Source of the DNA: Gammaproteobacteria bacterium
Lineage (GTDB): Bacteria; Pseudomonadota; Gammaproteobacteria; JABABF01
DNA: 64,000 bases
Assembly (NCBI GenBank): GCA_965215045.1
Contig: OZ244031.1
Coordinates: 1,386,626-1,450,625 of the forward strand
Direction: 5' to 3'
Part shown: one piece after another, positions 62,252 to 64,000 of the stretch
Numbering within the stretch: the stretch's first letter is position 1
Layout of the letters: each line of letters begins with the position of its first letter
Program-made: the position numbers and the translations under genes
Notes under the pieces: model-generated
The model's database searches: none
What the model was told of the DNA's origin: nothing
The model's input: only the letters and a program-made list of their open reading frames with translations

Positions 62252-62490
62252 CGGGCCTGGGAAGAAGGCGGGTGGGCGGCGTCAAAATGCGCGGCGCGCT
62301 ATTTTACTGCACCGCAGCGGTGCGCCTTATGCAGTTCGTGGTGGTTGCTTATGCATTTTTCTTTCACCGCCGTCGCCGCAGACGCCCGCTACCCGGCTGC
62401 CGGACTGGTGCGAAGTTTGTGTTTAGGGCGGTGTGCTGCTAGATTGAGCGGCACTTTTTTATACAGAGAACCTGCAAAGGAGACCCGACA

Positions 62491-63363
62491 ATGCGTTTTG
62501 CCTATACAGAGAGCATGTGCGACCCGCTTCAGTACGCCCCCCTGGCGCGGGAGGCGGAGGCATGCGGTTTCGAGACCTTCCTGGTGCCGGACAGCATCTG
62601 CTACCCGGAAGTGTCCGACAGCAAGTATCCCTACACGGTCGATGGCGGTCGCGAATTCCTGGAGGACAAGCCCTTTCTCGACCCGTTCGTGCAGATTGCC
62701 GCCATGGCCCAGGTCACCAGCAAGCTCGAGTTCCTGACCTTCGTGCTGAAGACGCCGATTCGTCATCCGGTGCTGCTGGCCAAGCAGGTTGCCTCCCTGT
62801 CGGTGATATCGCAGAACCGTTTCCTGCTGGGCATGGGACTGAGCCCCTGGCCCGACGACTACGAGGTGTGTGGCGAGCGCTGGGAGGGTCGGCGCGAACG
62901 TTTTGATGAAATGATCCAGATCATGGCGGAACTGCTCAAGGGCGATTACTACGGTATCGACAGCGAGTTTTACAAGATTCCGCGCATCAAGATCTGTCCC
63001 GTGCCAGACCGGATGACGCCGTTCTACATCGGCGGGCACGCCGACAGTGCCCTGCAGCGTGCCGCGCGTCTGGCCGACGGCTGGGTGCACGCCGGCTCCG
63101 GCGGCAGGGATGACTTGGAAGACCTGCGCAAGATGGTCGCCCGCCTGCTGGAACTGCGCGCCGAGTACGGACGGGACGGGGAATTTCGCATTCTCGCGGT
63201 GAGCGGGCACGCCTACACGGAGGAGGGCCTGAAAATGCTGGAGGACATGGGCGTCACGGATGTCGGCATCGCCTTTCGCGACTTTTATCGCGAGGCCGAC
63301 ACCCAGTCCCTGGAGCAGAAAATTGAATTGATGCAGAACTACGCGAAGCAGTTCATCGGCTGA
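62491..63363 (+). CDS. LLM-class (luciferase-like) flavin/F420-dependent oxidoreductase
   Basis: TIM-barrel LLM signatures (ETFLVPD, RFLLGMGLSPWPDDYEV). Confidence 0.6.
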   Translation: MRFAYTESMCDPLQYAPLAREAEACGFETFLVPDSICYPEVSDSKYPYTVDGGREFLEDKPFLDPFVQIAAMAQVTSKLEFLTFVLKTPIRHPVLLAKQVASLSVISQNRFLLGMGLSPWPDDYEVCGERWEGRRERFDEMIQIMAELLKGDYYGIDSEFYKIPRIKICPVPDRMTPFYIGGHADSALQRAARLADGWVHAGSGGRDDLEDLRKMVARLLELRAEYGRDGEFRILAVSGHAYTEEGLKMLEDMGVTDVGIAFRDFYREADTQSLEQKIELMQNYAKQFIG

Positions 63364-63738
63364 TTTTGCCGGTGCTTGCGCGCCGGCTTTTTGTTACACG
63401 GGCTTGCGTTGCGGTTTGCGCTGTCGCCGCACACCGCTTGGCCTGCGTTTCTTGCGCTTGGCCCTGGGGTGCGAGCGATCGTAGTATCTTTTGCCGGTGC
63501 TTGCGCGCCGGCTTTTTGTTACACGGGCTTGCGTTGCGGTTTGCGCTGTCGCCGCACACCGCTTGGCCTGCGTTTCTTGCGCTTGGCCCTGGGGTGCGAG
63601 CGATCGTAGTATCTTTTGCCGGTGCTTGCGCGCCGGCTTTTTGTTACACGGGCTTGCGTTGCGGTTTGCGCTGTCGCCGCACACCGCTTGGCCTGCGTTT
63701 CTTGCGCTTGGCCCTGGGGTGCGAGCGATCGTAGCTCT
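63364..63738 (+). repeat. Tandem direct repeat 125 bp x 3 at the 3' end of xerC
   Basis: ttttgccggtgcttgcgcgccggctttttgttacacgggcttgcgttgcggtttgcgctgtcgccgcacaccgcttggcctgcgtttcttgcgcttggccctggggtgcgagcgatcgtagtatc repeated three times (last copy ...gtagctc). Confidence 0.9.
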
Positions 63739-64000
63739 GCGCCAGGTGCTGGAAGTCCAGGTGCGTGTAAATCTGTGTCGAGGAGATATCGCTGTGGCCC
63801 AGCATTTCCTGCACCATGCGCAGGTCGCCACTGGATTCCAGCAGGTGCGTGGCACAGGAGTGGCGCAGCGCATGCGGGTGCACGCGCTGCGGCAGGCCGT
63901 GCTTGCGCCCGTGCAGGGCCAGGCGTTCCTGCACGGTGCGCGGATGAATGCGCTGCCCGCGGCTGCTGAGAAACAGGGCCTGCTCCCCCGGGTTCGGACC
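63644..64000 (-). CDS. xerC: Tyrosine recombinase XerC (3' part; continues off-window)
   Basis: C-terminal catalytic region [59 protein letters not shown] matches the E. coli XerC C-terminus; the reading frame then runs ~20 extra basic codons into the repeat. Confidence 0.75.
   Translation of the reverse strand, partial: GPNPGEQALFLSSRGQRIHPRTVQERLALHGRKHGLPQRVHPHALRHSCATHLLESSGDLRMVQEMLGHSDISSTQIYTHLDFQHLAQSYDRSHPRAKRKKRRPSGVRRQRKPQRKPV

Noticed and set aside
60079-62737. Plus-strand ORFs (60079..61482, 61056..61844, 61640..62737) across the rnf operon
   Set aside because: Antisense to the rnfC/B/A genes, which have Fe-S cluster motifs.

Overview
High-GC (~65%) proteobacterial chromosomal segment, probably gammaproteobacterial, dominated by conserved housekeeping genes. 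All calls rest on reading the six-frame translations for motifs; no database search was run, and coordinates may be off by 1-2 nt where I re-derived start codons by hand. Housekeeping content, plus strand unless noted: tsaB-uppP, trpS, queA-tgt, metallophosphoesterase-PII/NIF3-like-nudL-mazG, GT4+GT2 glycosyltransferases, an M16C PreP-like peptidase (-), mnmC (-), aroD-like (-), tRNA-Val+tRNA-Asp, nadK, rhomboid protease, a Cys-rich DUF2797-like protein, a complete MoxR/DUF58/DUF4381/BatA/BatBC/BatD operon (-), pyrD, the full Pho cluster phoB-phoR-pstS-pstC-pstA-pstB-phoU, a flavin monooxygenase (-), a lipoprotein methyltransferase (-), an MFS transporter, two acyl-CoA dehydrogenases, a GFA protein (-), aat (-), gltA (-), rnfABCDGE (-), an LLM oxidoreductase and a partial xerC (-). 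Three accessory modules stand out. (1) A four-gene cluster at 5200-10326: a MotA/TolQ/ExbB-like channel, two proteins with ExbD/TolR-like N-terminal anchors (one 641 aa with an acidic disordered linker and a second C-terminal TM), and a secreted protein with two FGE/SUMF1 domains; it is flanked by tandem repeats at both ends and by tRNA-Leu. (2) A low-GC two-gene module at 52107-54538 encoding a PIN-GNAT-ASCH/PUA-like fusion protein overlapping an ASCH-P-loop kinase-like protein, a candidate new toxin/defence system. (3) A low-GC KAP-family P-loop NTPase at 45421-46911. The window is also unusually rich in short tandem duplications sitting exactly on gene boundaries (47 bp x3.4, 46 bp x3, 33 bp x3, 22 bp x9, 125 bp x3, plus tandemly duplicated GT14 genes), a C20 homopolymer encoding in-frame poly-Pro at the start of the rhomboid gene, and many ATGA-type start/stop overlaps.
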